A DNA stretch of 64,000 nt from Methanomassiliicoccales archaeon (GTDB lineage: Archaea > Thermoplasmatota > Thermoplasmata > Methanomassiliicoccales > UBA472): NCBI GenBank assembly GCA_026394375.1, contig JAPKYJ010000024.1:35259-99258 (forward strand), given 5' to 3'. The translations under genes and the position numbers were made by a program. The notes beneath the pieces were generated by a model. That model had not been told where the DNA came from. It searched no databases and worked only from the letters and a program-made list of their open reading frames with translations. This document shows positions 37,906 through 48,082 of this stretch, piece after piece; within the stretch, counting starts at the first letter, position 1, and every line of letters begins with the position of its first letter.

Positions 37906-39378
37906 CTACCTCCTGTCCTTAGGGGCACCGCACTCCGGGCAGAACTTGGAGTTCGCCGGAACCTCGGCAGAGCAGGAGGGACAGAAGCGCATTCCTTCCT
38001 TAGGCACAGGTGCAGGCGGCGCTGCGACCGGTACCGGTGCTGGCGGAGCGGGCTCAAGCGCCGGAGGCGCGGGAGCGGGAATATCCATCGGTGGACCGAC
38101 CGGGCCCGGTCGGCCGCAGTAAGGGCAGTATCTCAGCCCTTCTGGCACATCCCTGCCACAGCTAGGGCAAAGCCTGGTCTTCTGCAGTGCTGGAGCTGAA
38201 GGCGCGGGAGCTCCTCCGCCGACGTTCGGCTTGCCGCAGAACGGGCAGAAATTGAGGTTCATCGGGAATTCGCGGCCGCAGCCCATGCACCTGATGTTCT
38301 GCTTCGCCTGATCAGGTGGAGGTGCTGTCGGTGGAGGTCCAGCAGGAGCCGGCTTGCCGCAGAAAGGGCAGAAGGCAAGGCCTTCCGGTGCATCCCTGCC
38401 GCATCCAGGGCAGAGCCGAGTAGTTGGTGCCGCTGGCGCTTGAGCAGGTGTCGTTGGCGCGGCCTGAATCGGTTGCGGTCCGGTGTCCGGCATCCCGCAA
38501 TAGGGGCAGAAGTTGAGCCCTTTGGGCGCATCGCGTCCACAGCCCATGCACTTGCGCATCTCCCTCGTCGCCGGGGGTGGAATGGGGACGAGTGGCTGTG
38601 ATGGAGGAACGGGCGCAGGCTGAGGCATTGCGCTTTGATCGTATGGCGCGGGCTTTCCGCATGACGGACAGAAGTTCAATCTCTCTGGGACCTCTTTCGC
38701 GCAACCAGCGCAGCGCACCATCTTCTTGGGCGGTTCGGGCGCGGGCAGTGGGGGCGGGGGCAACTGATCGTAAGGGGCGGGCTTGCCGCAACCGGGGCAG
38801 AAGCTCAGGCCAGCGGGGACTTCGCGACCACAACCGACGCATTTGACCATCGGCTTTGGTGGCGGCGAAGGTGCTGGCGTCGGCGGCGCAGCACTTGCCG
38901 AATAGGGTGCTTGCTTGCCGCATGAAGGGCAGAAGTTGAGACCGTCTGGAACGTCCTTGGCACAGGAGATGCAACGCGTCATTGGTTTGGGCGCTTGGAC
39001 GGGTTCTGGGGCAGGGACCAGCGGAGCTCCCGCCGGTCCAGGCCTTCCACAGTAGGGGCAATAGCTCAATCCCTCGGGCACCTGTCGTCCGCAGCCAGGG
39101 CAGAGGCGGGTTTGTTTCTGTGCTCCCGTCTGCGCTCCAACGGCCACGGGCGGGCCGGATGGACCCTCGCGACCGCAGTAAGGGCAGAACTTGAGTCCCT
39201 CCTGGACCTCGCGCCCGCAGCCGGGACATAGTCTTTTGGCAGGAGCACCCGGTGCTTGAGCCCCAGCATAGTCGCTCGGCGCTTCGGAGCCTCTGGGCCT
39301 GCCGCAGTACGGGCAGTAAGACAGCGCTCCCGAGATCTCCCTTCCACAACCTGGACAAAGCCTCATACCTTCCTTCAT
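37906..39378 (-). CDS. Protein of 11 tandem zinc-ribbon repeats with Pro/Ala linkers
   Basis: Eleven CxxC-x10-CPxCG units; GGAGG RBS before the ATG. Confidence 0.85.
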   Translation of the reverse strand: MKEGMRLCPGCGREISGALSYCPYCGRPRGSEAPSDYAGAQAPGAPAKRLCPGCGREVQEGLKFCPYCGREGPSGPPVAVGAQTGAQKQTRLCPGCGRQVPEGLSYCPYCGRPGPAGAPLVPAPEPVQAPKPMTRCISCAKDVPDGLNFCPSCGKQAPYSASAAPPTPAPSPPPKPMVKCVGCGREVPAGLSFCPGCGKPAPYDQLPPPPLPAPEPPKKMVRCAGCAKEVPERLNFCPSCGKPAPYDQSAMPQPAPVPPSQPLVPIPPPATREMRKCMGCGRDAPKGLNFCPYCGMPDTGPQPIQAAPTTPAQAPAAPTTRLCPGCGRDAPEGLAFCPFCGKPAPAGPPPTAPPPDQAKQNIRCMGCGREFPMNLNFCPFCGKPNVGGGAPAPSAPALQKTRLCPSCGRDVPEGLRYCPYCGRPGPVGPPMDIPAPAPPALEPAPPAPVPVAAPPAPVPKEGMRFCPSCSAEVPANSKFCPECGAPKDRR

Positions 39379-39545
39379 GAAATGAACCTCCCAAGACGGT
39401 GCGCAGAATGCGCCGCTCTGGATATTCCGCAGTAGAGGTTAATAAGATTGTGGCTTCCAGATTGCTAAATGAGAGCACCATCTCTTCTTGGATGGAGAAG
39501 AGGTTTTGCGCCGGCCGTCACCGACGCCTGCGAAAGTTGCTGAAT

Positions 39546-39827
39546 TCACTTCTGGTCGTTGATCTTGATCAGGTGCCAGCCGAACTGCGTCTTTACCGGA
39601 CCGACGATCTTGCCCTTCTCCCCCTCGAAAGCGGCCTTATCGAACTCCGCCACCATCTGGCCCTTCCCGAACCAGCCGAGCTCCCCTCCCTTCTTACCGG
39701 AGGGGCATTTGGACCATTTCTTCGCCAGGTTCGGGAAGCTCTGCCCGGAGCTGAGCTTGGCCATCAGGTCCTTGGCTTCTTTCTCGCTGCTGACCAGGAT
39801 GTGCGAACAGTTCACCTGCTTTGGCAT
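39546..39827 (-). CDS. ppiC: Parvulin-type peptidyl-prolyl isomerase
   Basis: SHILV, SKCPSGKKGGELGWF, PVKTQFGWHLI. Confidence 0.93.
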   Translation of the reverse strand: MPKQVNCSHILVSSEKEAKDLMAKLSSGQSFPNLAKKWSKCPSGKKGGELGWFGKGQMVAEFDKAAFEGEKGKIVGPVKTQFGWHLIKINDQK

Positions 39828-39947
39828 GCGCGAGCGAATTGCTTGGAGGGCGATATAATTTACCGTTGCGAAGTCGCAGGCTCGCTCGCATTTGAACGAT
39901 GGGGAGCGCCAGAAACTTAAAAGCGGGCAGCCGCGATACTGCGATGC

Positions 39948-41210
39948 ATGTGGCGGCCGCTTGACCTGGAAGCCTGGAGCTCTAAACGTCGAGAGAATCT
40001 GGACAGCGTCAAGCCTTCCGTCTCAGAGATTATCGATTACGTTAGGAACGAAGGCGACAAAGCGCTTTTCGACCTGGCCGAGCGCTTCGATAAGGTGAAG
40101 CTGAAAGCCCTGAGAGTGGACGAAGAGCAGTTGAAGGCCGCCCGCGAAAGCATCGAGCCAGCACTTGTCAGCACCCTGCAGGAGGCAAGAAAGCGGATCG
40201 AGCGCTTCCACCGCATGCAGCTGAAGGACCAGACCTGGCTGAAGGAAGTGGAGCCGGGCGTATCCCTCGGAGTAAGGGTAACGCCTTTGGAACGGATCGG
40301 TGCCTACATACCTGGTGGCAGAGCATCGTATCCAAGCACCGCCCTGATGTGCGTGATCCCCGCCAAAGTGGCAGGAGTGAAGGAGATCGTCTGTTGCACG
40401 CCTCCCCCCGCCAACCCATTGACGTTGGCCGCCCTGGAGATCGTAGGGGCGGACGAGGTGTACCTGGTCGGGGGGGCGCAGGCGGTAGCGGCCATGGCCC
40501 TCGGAACGAAGACGATCAGGCGGGTGCAGAAGATCGTCGGTCCAGGCAACGTCTACGTCACCGCGGCCAAGATGATGCTGCGCGATCGCGTTGAGATAGA
40601 TTTTCCTGCCGGTCCGAGCGAGATCGTCATCGTTGCGGATTCGAGCGCGAACCCGGAGTTCATAGCCGCCGATATCCTGGCCCAGGCGGAGCACGATCCG
40701 AGGTCCCCCTGTGCCCTGGTGACCACCGATCCCGATCTGCCGAGGAAGGTGGGAGATGCTCTGAGACGGCAGCTGAAGGGATCGAAGCGCCAGGAGATAC
40801 TCCTCAAATCAATGGACAACGCCGGCTATCTGGTGATTAAAGGCATCCATGAGGCCGGGGAAGTGGTCAACCGCATCGCGCCCGAGCACTTGTCCGTTCA
40901 ATGCTCCAACCCTCTGCGTTTCCTGGATGAAGTGCAGAACGCCGGCTCCATCTTCCTCGGACACTATGCGGCGGTGGCTTGTGGCGATTACGCCTCGGGC
41001 ACGAACCACGTACTGCCCACCGCCGGCTTCGCCTCGCTCTACTCCGGACTGGACGTCTGGCACTTCTGCAAGCGCACGTCGGTGCAGATGATCGAGCGCG
41101 AAGGTCTGGAGGAGATCGGTGATGTGGTGGAGCGGCTTGCCAAAGCGGAAGGGCTGGAAGCTCATGCAAGATCGGTGAGTCTGCGGAGAAAGAGCAAGCA
41201 GGGCAGCTGA
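39948..41210 (+). CDS. hisD: Histidinol dehydrogenase
   Basis: YIPGGRASYPST, KIVGPGNVYV, IDFPAGPSE, QAEHD, APEHL, GDYASGTNHVLPT. Confidence 0.96.
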   Translation: MWRPLDLEAWSSKRRENLDSVKPSVSEIIDYVRNEGDKALFDLAERFDKVKLKALRVDEEQLKAARESIEPALVSTLQEARKRIERFHRMQLKDQTWLKEVEPGVSLGVRVTPLERIGAYIPGGRASYPSTALMCVIPAKVAGVKEIVCCTPPPANPLTLAALEIVGADEVYLVGGAQAVAAMALGTKTIRRVQKIVGPGNVYVTAAKMMLRDRVEIDFPAGPSEIVIVADSSANPEFIAADILAQAEHDPRSPCALVTTDPDLPRKVGDALRRQLKGSKRQEILLKSMDNAGYLVIKGIHEAGEVVNRIAPEHLSVQCSNPLRFLDEVQNAGSIFLGHYAAVACGDYASGTNHVLPTAGFASLYSGLDVWHFCKRTSVQMIEREGLEEIGDVVERLAKAEGLEAHARSVSLRRKSKQGS

Positions 41211-41260
41211 CGGCAAAGGGTAATTGGCCGGTCGGAGCATTACCATCGGAGAGGTGTCGC

Positions 41261-41896
41261 TTGCCCGCTGGCGGTCAGAGCACGAAAAGCGCCTGGGAAC
41301 GGCAATACGAACGCAACAAGCGCTTGTGGCGCGGTCCTGGTGAAACGGAGTTCGATCTTCCTCCGAAAGCTCTCGTGCTGGAGATTGGATGCGGTTCGGG
41401 CAAGACCCTGAGCGCCCTGGCCGGCAAGGAAGCGGAGATCGTGGCTTTGGATATTTCCCGAGCGGCCCTGAGATTTTGCGCATCGGCCAACTTTGGAGGT
41501 GCGATCCACTTCCTCGAGGCTAAGGTCGAGAGGCTGCCGTTGAGGGACGCTCGATTCGATGCTGTGATCGTTCATCACATTCTTGGTCATCTGGTCGAGA
41601 ATGAAAGGAAGGAAGCGGTCGATGAGATCGCCCGAGTCTTGAAACCTGGAGGCATGGTACATGTTCGGGTCTTCTCCACTTCGGACATGCGTTATGGCAA
41701 AGGAGAGGAGATGGAAGCGAACACCTTCCGAAAGGGAACGGGGGTGTTCTGCCATTTCTTCTCCGAGCTTGAGCTGAAGGAGCTTTTCTCAGGATTTGAA
41801 ACGATGGGCGTGAAAAAGGTCGAGGCATCGAAGCGATTTGAAGGAGCGGAACAACGAAGAAGCGAGATCGTCGCCGCCTATCGCTCTGCTCGGTGA
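41261..41896 (+). CDS. Class I SAM-dependent methyltransferase
   Basis: VLEIGCGSGK, ALDIS, RVLKPGG. Confidence 0.85.
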   Translation: MPAGGQSTKSAWERQYERNKRLWRGPGETEFDLPPKALVLEIGCGSGKTLSALAGKEAEIVALDISRAALRFCASANFGGAIHFLEAKVERLPLRDARFDAVIVHHILGHLVENERKEAVDEIARVLKPGGMVHVRVFSTSDMRYGKGEEMEANTFRKGTGVFCHFFSELELKELFSGFETMGVKKVEASKRFEGAEQRRSEIVAAYRSAR

Positions 41897-41954
41897 ACGC
41901 CCGCGATGACCGAAACGCATCTAAACCTAGAAGACCGATTACGCCGCAGAAGAG

Positions 41955-42344
41955 GTGGGCGAGTTGTCCAAACCCAGGTCTGGAAAGACAGCGAGAGAAG
42001 AGAAGGAGGTCCAGCGCAGGTTGAAGGAGATCGAAAAGGTCTTCGGAGAGGTCCCATTTGTGCCCAAGATGCTCTCCGAGCACCCGGACATGTTCCTTCC
42101 TTATGCTGAAATGTCCGACCGAGTGATGCTGAACCCTCGCTTCATGGACAGGAAGTCGCTGGAGCTGGCCGCGGTGGCAGCCGGCTCCGCCTTGGCGAGC
42201 GAACATTGCCTGGCCGTGCATATCCGCCAGGCCAAGACGGATGGAGCGAGCGAAGGCGAGCTGATGGAGGCCATCATGGTGGGCGCTTTCATGGCCTCGA
42301 CCCGAAGCCAATCGGTGGCGTTGCGCAAGCTGAAAGAGCTTTGA
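41955..42344 (+). CDS. Carboxymuconolactone decarboxylase/AhpD family protein
   Basis: FGEVPFV, ELAAVAAGSALASEHCLAVH, GASEGELMEA. Confidence 0.82.
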   Translation: MGELSKPRSGKTAREEKEVQRRLKEIEKVFGEVPFVPKMLSEHPDMFLPYAEMSDRVMLNPRFMDRKSLELAAVAAGSALASEHCLAVHIRQAKTDGASEGELMEAIMVGAFMASTRSQSVALRKLKEL

Positions 42345-42353
42345 GCCGGGTTC

Positions 42354-43559
42354 TCAGACGATCCCCAGCTCCTTTCCCACCTTGAGGAACTTCTCGATGG
42401 CGAAGTCCACGTCCTTCCGGGCCATGGCCGCGTTCATGATGGTGCGGATGCGCGCCTTGTCCTTGGCCACCATCGGAAAGACGATCGGCAGGGCGAACAC
42501 ACCTTCCTGGAAGAGCCTTTCGCTCAACTTCTTGGCCACGCCGCTCTCTCCGACCATTATGGGTATGATGGGCGTTTCGCTTCGGCCCGTGTTGAAACCG
42601 AGGTCCTGCATGGCCTTCTTGAAGTAGCGCGTATGGTCCCAGAGCCTCCTGACATGCTCTGGTTCCGTCTCCAGCACGTCTACGGCCGCAATGCACGCCG
42701 CCGCCACCGCCGGAGGATGCGAACCGCTCAGCAGCCAGGTGCGCGATCTGTTGTAGGCGAAGTTCACCAGGTCTCGCGATCCTGAGATATGTCCTCCTAC
42801 CACTCCGAAGGCCTTGGAGAACGTCCCCATCTCCACCTGCACCTTCTCCCGGGGAAGATGGAAGTGATGCACGATGCCCCTTCCTCCCTCACCAAGAACG
42901 CCCTCGCCATGGGCATCGTCCACGTAGAGCATGGCTCCATGTTCTTCCGCCGCCTTCGCGACCTCCGGCAGAGGCGCGATGTCCCCGTCCATGGAGAACA
43001 CTCCGTCGGTGATGATCAGGATCCGTCTTGGTGCGGGCGTTTTCTTTTCCATCTCTTGCAGAACGCGGTGCAGGTCCGCCACGTCGCAGTGCTTGTAGAC
43101 CGCACGCTCCGCATAGGACAGTCGAACGCCATCGATGATGCTCCCGTGGTTGAGCTCGTCGCTGATGATGATGTCCCCTTTTCCAGCAAGCTGCGGGATT
43201 AGGCCGGCGTTGGCAGCGAAGCCGGTCTGGTAGACCAGGGACGCTTCCGCTTCCTTGAACCTGGCAAGTCTTCTTTCCAGCTCGAAGTGCAGGTCCATGC
43301 TGCCGGCGATGGGACGGACGGAACCTGATCCAGCTCCGTGAGTCTTGATCGCCTCGATGGCGGCATCTTTCAGCTTCTGGTGATTGCTCAGCCCCAGATA
43401 GTTGTTGGAGCAGAACATGAGGACCTTCTTGCCGTCGACCACGCACCAAGGACTGCTCGGTCCCTGCAACTCGCGCAGCCTCCAGTCCAACTCATCTTTG
43501 ACCAGGGCTTCATACTCTTCCTTCAGGAACGATGTGGGATCGCGCTTCAAATGCCTCAC
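42354..43559 (-). CDS. kbl: Glycine C-acetyltransferase (2-amino-3-ketobutyrate CoA ligase)
   Basis: SNNYLGL, DELNHGSIIDG, DGVFSMDGD, VDDAHG, GTFSKAFG; coupled to the upstream threonine dehydrogenase. Confidence 0.88.
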   Translation of the reverse strand: MRHLKRDPTSFLKEEYEALVKDELDWRLRELQGPSSPWCVVDGKKVLMFCSNNYLGLSNHQKLKDAAIEAIKTHGAGSGSVRPIAGSMDLHFELERRLARFKEAEASLVYQTGFAANAGLIPQLAGKGDIIISDELNHGSIIDGVRLSYAERAVYKHCDVADLHRVLQEMEKKTPAPRRILIITDGVFSMDGDIAPLPEVAKAAEEHGAMLYVDDAHGEGVLGEGGRGIVHHFHLPREKVQVEMGTFSKAFGVVGGHISGSRDLVNFAYNRSRTWLLSGSHPPAVAAACIAAVDVLETEPEHVRRLWDHTRYFKKAMQDLGFNTGRSETPIIPIMVGESGVAKKLSERLFQEGVFALPIVFPMVAKDKARIRTIMNAAMARKDVDFAIEKFLKVGKELGIV

Positions 43560-44530
43560 CTTCTCTTGTTTATCAAGCGTTTGCTGAGCCTTGTGATCAT
43601 GTCCTCGGTCATCGAGCTCAGATCGTAGGATGGCTGCCAGCCCCAATCTCTCCTCGCCCCTCGGTCGTCGATGGACATGGGCCAGGAGTCAGCGATCTTC
43701 TGTCTGTGATCAGGTCTGTATTCGATCTCGAAGTCCGGGATGTGCTTCCTGACCTCAGCGGCCAGTTCGCCAGCGGTGAAGCTCGCCCCGGCCACGTTAT
43801 AGCCGTCGTGGTGCTTGATCTTGTTCCGGGGAACGCCCATGATCTGCAAAGTGCAATTGATGCAATCAGGCATGTACATCAACGGGAGGATGGTGTCCTC
43901 GCGTACGAAGCATGTGTATCTTCCTTTCTGAATGGCCTCGTAGAACATCTCCACCGAGTAGTCGGTCGTGCCCCCGCCGGGCGGCGTCTCTGAGGATACG
44001 ATGCCAGGATAGCGCACCGAGCGAACGTCCAGACCGTACTTGACGAAGTAGTAGTTGCAGAGAAGCTCGCCCGCCACCTTCGTCACTCCATACATTGAGG
44101 TCGGCACAAGCACGGTATCTTGAGGCGTTTCGATGCGAGGCGAGGTCGGTCCGAAGACGGCGATGGAAGAGGGCCAGAATACCTTCTCCAGCTTGAGCTT
44201 GCGCGCCACCTCTAGGACGTTGCAGAGGGAGCTCATGTTCACTTTCCAGGCGGCCTGAGGATCTTCCTCTCCAGTGACTGAAAGGATGGCAGCGAGATGC
44301 CATATCTCAGTGATCTTCATCTCTCTCACTAGGTCGTAGATCGCCTGTTCACTGGCCAGATCCGCCTTCACCACCGGCCCCGATTCCATGACCTCTTTGC
44401 TCGGTTGGCGGGTGTGCACAACGGCTATGACATTCTCTCCACCGTATCGTTTCCTCATCTCCAGAACGAGCTCCGAACCGATCTGACCCGTGGCGCCGGT
44501 GAGCAGTATCCGCCTCCCTTGCTTGGCCAT
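43556..44530 (-). CDS. L-threonine 3-dehydrogenase (SDR/epimerase type)
   Basis: TGATGQIGSEL, PSSIAVFG, YGVTK, PGGGTTDY, RQKIADSWP. Confidence 0.88.
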   Translation of the reverse strand: MAKQGRRILLTGATGQIGSELVLEMRKRYGGENVIAVVHTRQPSKEVMESGPVVKADLASEQAIYDLVREMKITEIWHLAAILSVTGEEDPQAAWKVNMSSLCNVLEVARKLKLEKVFWPSSIAVFGPTSPRIETPQDTVLVPTSMYGVTKVAGELLCNYYFVKYGLDVRSVRYPGIVSSETPPGGGTTDYSVEMFYEAIQKGRYTCFVREDTILPLMYMPDCINCTLQIMGVPRNKIKHHDGYNVAGASFTAGELAAEVRKHIPDFEIEYRPDHRQKIADSWPMSIDDRGARRDWGWQPSYDLSSMTEDMITRLSKRLINKRR

Positions 44531-44657
44531 TCTCCCCCTCTTCGGAGAATGATGAGCACCGGGGGCTTATATCGCTTGGCAATGCCTCGCTCTGGCATGG
44601 CACGTGGAGCGAAAGGTATTCTTGGTGGGAGATGCCCTAGCATGGTTGACGGTGCAA

Positions 44658-45014
44658 ATGCAGAAGTTCTCATGCAGCTGGGGATGGCTGGAGGTAGAAG
44701 GCAAGCGCCACGAGAAGGATGTTGTCGTCCACGTCGATGGCTCCGTCACCTCCAGGAACGTGGAAGTTTCGAAACCCTACTTGGGGGAGTACTTCCACAT
44801 CCCGCTGTCGGAGCTTGAACTGGATTTCCTCGCGGCGGAGGATCCGGAAGTTGTGATCGTCGGTGGCGGGTACAAAGGTATGATGACCATTACTCCTAGG
44901 GCGAAGGAGATACTGGCGAGGTATGAAGTGCAGGCGGTTACGACCCCTAGAGCCATCGAGCTGATGGATATGGAGAAGCGCAGGTTCGTGGCCATTCTGC
45001 ACTCAACTTGCTAG
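44658..45014 (+). CDS. Mth938-like domain protein
   Basis: PEVVIVGGGYKG, TPRAIEL, C-terminal AILHSTC; start codon uncertain. Confidence 0.75.
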   Translation: MQKFSCSWGWLEVEGKRHEKDVVVHVDGSVTSRNVEVSKPYLGEYFHIPLSELELDFLAAEDPEVVIVGGGYKGMMTITPRAKEILARYEVQAVTTPRAIELMDMEKRRFVAILHSTC

Positions 45015-45430
45015 GACCATCGGATGTCCGTTCTAAGCCCTATTGCATCATAAACTGAGAAGAGCATCATTTTGAGGCGTGCTCATTCAGTCTCTTTCTA
45101 CGGGTTGATTTGGCGGCCCTGCACCTTTCGTATCCCTGGCCTATTTCTTCTCCTCATCAACTTTCGCTCTAAAAATGTCTATATTCTTATTATGACCAAT
45201 CGTCGGGGGACAGTCCGGCGTACGACAGCCTATGTAATCCGCGGTCTTGCCCAGCAGGCAAACGGCCATCTTCTGACACTTCATCTTCACTCGCGCTCCG
45301 TCTCTGCATGGCGATATGCATTTTCCCGGTATATGAGCAACCGCCATCTTTCGTTAACTGAATTCCGTAGGATATCGCTTTTGAGGATTGGGTTTGGCAA
45401 AGCGTAGTCGACATGATTGTGGAACTAAGA

Positions 45431-45450
45431 GTGGACAAGGGGAGATTCGA
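45431..45450 (-). repeat. Degenerate copy of tRNA-Ala 3' end (att site 1)
   Basis: GTGGACAAGGGGAGATTCGA matches 51423-51442 at 19/20. Confidence 0.8.
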
Positions 45451-45915
45451 TCGTCACCTCATCCAGACCTTCATTTATTGAAGGGGCTCAAGACAATTAT
45501 TCGAGATAGGGAGGTGAGACCTTTTCTCTTGGAGGGTTCGAACCCCATCGAGCCCGCCTCTTTTAGCGCAGCCAATGGTCCACTGCACTATGATTCCCGG
45601 AAGGTGAGGTTGATGGGATTTGTGTTTCCGATCGATGTAGACGATGTCATTATGTTTTCGGAGCCAATTCCCACACTCAATTCAGTAACCATACATTTGG
45701 AGGGGCGCGGACACATGAACGTAGAGAGCATGATGACTTTGGCAATGAGCTTAGCTGTCAGGCATTTCTCGCGTTGAATGGCCAGGTGTCGTAACTATTG
45801 GAGGCCCATGAGCGAACATACCATAAAAGGGGAGGAATCGATGAGGAGAAAGGGTCGAACTAGTAATAAGGAGATAGATATTCTTCCTCCGACCCCGAGG
45901 ATAGGCGATTGAGAC

Positions 45916-46707
45916 ATGGCTGTAATCGAAGCCAAGGCACTGACGAAGAAATTCGGCAAGTTCGTGGCTGTCGATAGCCTCAGTCTCACGGTCGAAGAAG
46001 GGGAGATATTTGGACTACTTGGTCCGAACGGAGCAGGGAAGACCACCACCATAAAGATGCTCACTACCTTGCTGATTCCGACCTCTGGACGAGCCATTGT
46101 GGCGGGGTTCGATGTTGTGAAGAGGCCAGAGGAGGTGCAAGCCATCATCGGCTATGTCCCCCAACTTCTATCTGCCGAAGGTTCAATAACCGGGTACGAG
46201 AACCTGCTCATTTTCGCGAAGCTTTACGATGTTCCGAAGGCGGAGCGCCAGGAACGCGTGCGGCATGCTCTCCAGATAATGGGGTTGACCGATGCAGCGG
46301 ACAAGTTGGTCCGCCAATACTCGGGTGGAATGGTTCGCAGGTTGGAGATCGCTCAATCCGCTCTCCACAAGCCGAAGGTGATGTTCATGGACGAGCCGAC
46401 GGTGGGGCTCGACCCATTGGCAAGAAGGACCGTATGGGAACTGGTTAGGGAGCTGAGAAGGGAGAGCAACGCCACCATCGTGCTCACCACGCATATCATG
46501 GAGGAGGCGCAGAGCCTGTGCGACCGCGTAGGCATCATGCACAGAGGGAAGCTGGTGGCAATAGGCACGCCCGATGAATTGATTGCATCCACGGGAGAAA
46601 AGGATCTGGATGAGGTTTTCATCCATTTCACCGGTGACATGATCGAAGAGTCGGGCAACCTGCGGCAGATCGAGGCCGAACGCAAAACCGCCAGGAGACT
46701 GGGGTGA
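45916..46707 (+). CDS. ABC transporter ATP-binding protein (DrrA-like exporter)
   Basis: GPNGAGKTT, YSGGMVRRL, MDEPTVGLDP, LTTHIMEEA. Confidence 0.92.
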   Translation: MAVIEAKALTKKFGKFVAVDSLSLTVEEGEIFGLLGPNGAGKTTTIKMLTTLLIPTSGRAIVAGFDVVKRPEEVQAIIGYVPQLLSAEGSITGYENLLIFAKLYDVPKAERQERVRHALQIMGLTDAADKLVRQYSGGMVRRLEIAQSALHKPKVMFMDEPTVGLDPLARRTVWELVRELRRESNATIVLTTHIMEEAQSLCDRVGIMHRGKLVAIGTPDELIASTGEKDLDEVFIHFTGDMIEESGNLRQIEAERKTARRLG

Positions 46708-46711
46708 TCGA

Positions 46712-47509
46712 GTGGCTCCGCGGACCCCACTGGAGACGGCAATCAGGTTCTTCACCAAATCCGGGGTGATCGCTGAGCTGGAGATCAGGAAGCTGGCTCA
46801 TGATCCTACGGAACTTCTGACCAGGGCGGTACAGCCAGTCCTCTGGCTCCTGGTCTTCGGCACGGTCTTCACCCAAGCTCGGATCATTCCGACTGGCAAC
46901 CTGCCCTACATTGATTTTATGACACCAGGCGTCTTGGCGCAAAGCGTTCTCTTCATCTCCATTTTCTATGGGCTGTCGATCATATGGGAGCGCGACCTCG
47001 GAATTGTGCAGAAGTTCCTCACCAGTCCTACACCCAGGACCGCCCTCGTCACCGGCAAGGCGCTTTCCGCCGGAGTAAGGGGGCTGGCCCAGGGGGTTAT
47101 CATCTATCTTCTGGCCATTGGCATAGGGGTGAAGGTGAACCTCGATCCACTTTCGATCCTTGTGGTGATTGCCCTCATCCTGCTAGGCGCAGCGATTTTC
47201 TCCACCCTATCGCTCATCATCGCGTGCCTGGTCAAAACCCGGGAGAGATTCATGGGTATCGGTCAGATGATCACCATGCCCCTATTCCTGGCAAGCAATG
47301 CCATCTACCCCATCTCGCTGATGCCGGATTGGCTCAGGGTCATCGCCCATGGCAACCCACTAACCTACCAGGTCGATGCCATGCGCGGACTGATGATAGT
47401 CGGAGGCGTTAGCGAGTACGGCGTGCTGTTCGACCTTGCGCTTCTATTCGTGATCGCCGCGGTGCTCATTTGGATTGGAGGTAAACTCTATGCAAGGGTG
47501 GCCAGGTGA
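46712..47509 (+). CDS. ABC-2 type transporter permease (DrrB-like)
   Basis: QPVLWLLVFG, YIDFMTPG, MPDWLRVIAHGNPLTYQVDAMR. Confidence 0.9.
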   Translation: MAPRTPLETAIRFFTKSGVIAELEIRKLAHDPTELLTRAVQPVLWLLVFGTVFTQARIIPTGNLPYIDFMTPGVLAQSVLFISIFYGLSIIWERDLGIVQKFLTSPTPRTALVTGKALSAGVRGLAQGVIIYLLAIGIGVKVNLDPLSILVVIALILLGAAIFSTLSLIIACLVKTRERFMGIGQMITMPLFLASNAIYPISLMPDWLRVIAHGNPLTYQVDAMRGLMIVGGVSEYGVLFDLALLFVIAAVLIWIGGKLYARVAR

Positions 47510-47827
47510 CAAGGGGGAGGGCATCACTTCGAGGCAATATGGCTTCTTCTATGGCCTGTCATGAAGAAGAACAATTGCACCACGTTCTTGCCTTCTGCCT
47601 TACTCTGCAATATGGCAGCCTTTACCTTTTCCTCGTCCCACTTACGAGGGGGCATCTTAGCAATGATTAGACGTGGTCGGGGATGTTAAGGTTGCTCCGC
47701 CTTCAACTTGTCCACGTTCATACTCTGCCTCTTGCTGCGAGAATCGGTTACCGATATGTTTATATCATAAAGTATTTCAATCACCACAGCCCAAGATAGT
47801 CTTGGGGGTGAATACCTGATTTTCATA

Positions 47828-48082
47828 ATGTTGGTTAAGAACAAGGAGAAACCCTCCAAACAAATGATCGCCAATACGGACAAATTAAAGGAAAAACTGT
47901 CGAAGGAGGGCATCAAGGTCCTCAGCCATTATTGGACGCTTGGAAGGTACGACGATGTCGCGATTATCGAAGCCCCTGATGAGAAAGCAATGCTGAAAGT
48001 GGGACTTGCATTGGCGGGCACCGTCGCGACCGAGACTCTTGTTGCCATTCCGAGAAAAGAAGCGATCAAGCTCCTCGGTTGA
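47828..48082 (+). CDS. GYD domain protein
   Basis: YWTLGRYDDVAIIEAPDE, TETLVA; true start may lie a few codons upstream after the GGGGTGA RBS. Confidence 0.8.
   Translation: MLVKNKEKPSKQMIANTDKLKEKLSKEGIKVLSHYWTLGRYDDVAIIEAPDEKAMLKVGLALAGTVATETLVAIPRKEAIKLLG

Noticed and set aside
45015..45430. AT-richer stretch with short Cys-containing ORFs left of att site 1
   Set aside because: No recognisable motif or third att copy; cannot support a gene or element call
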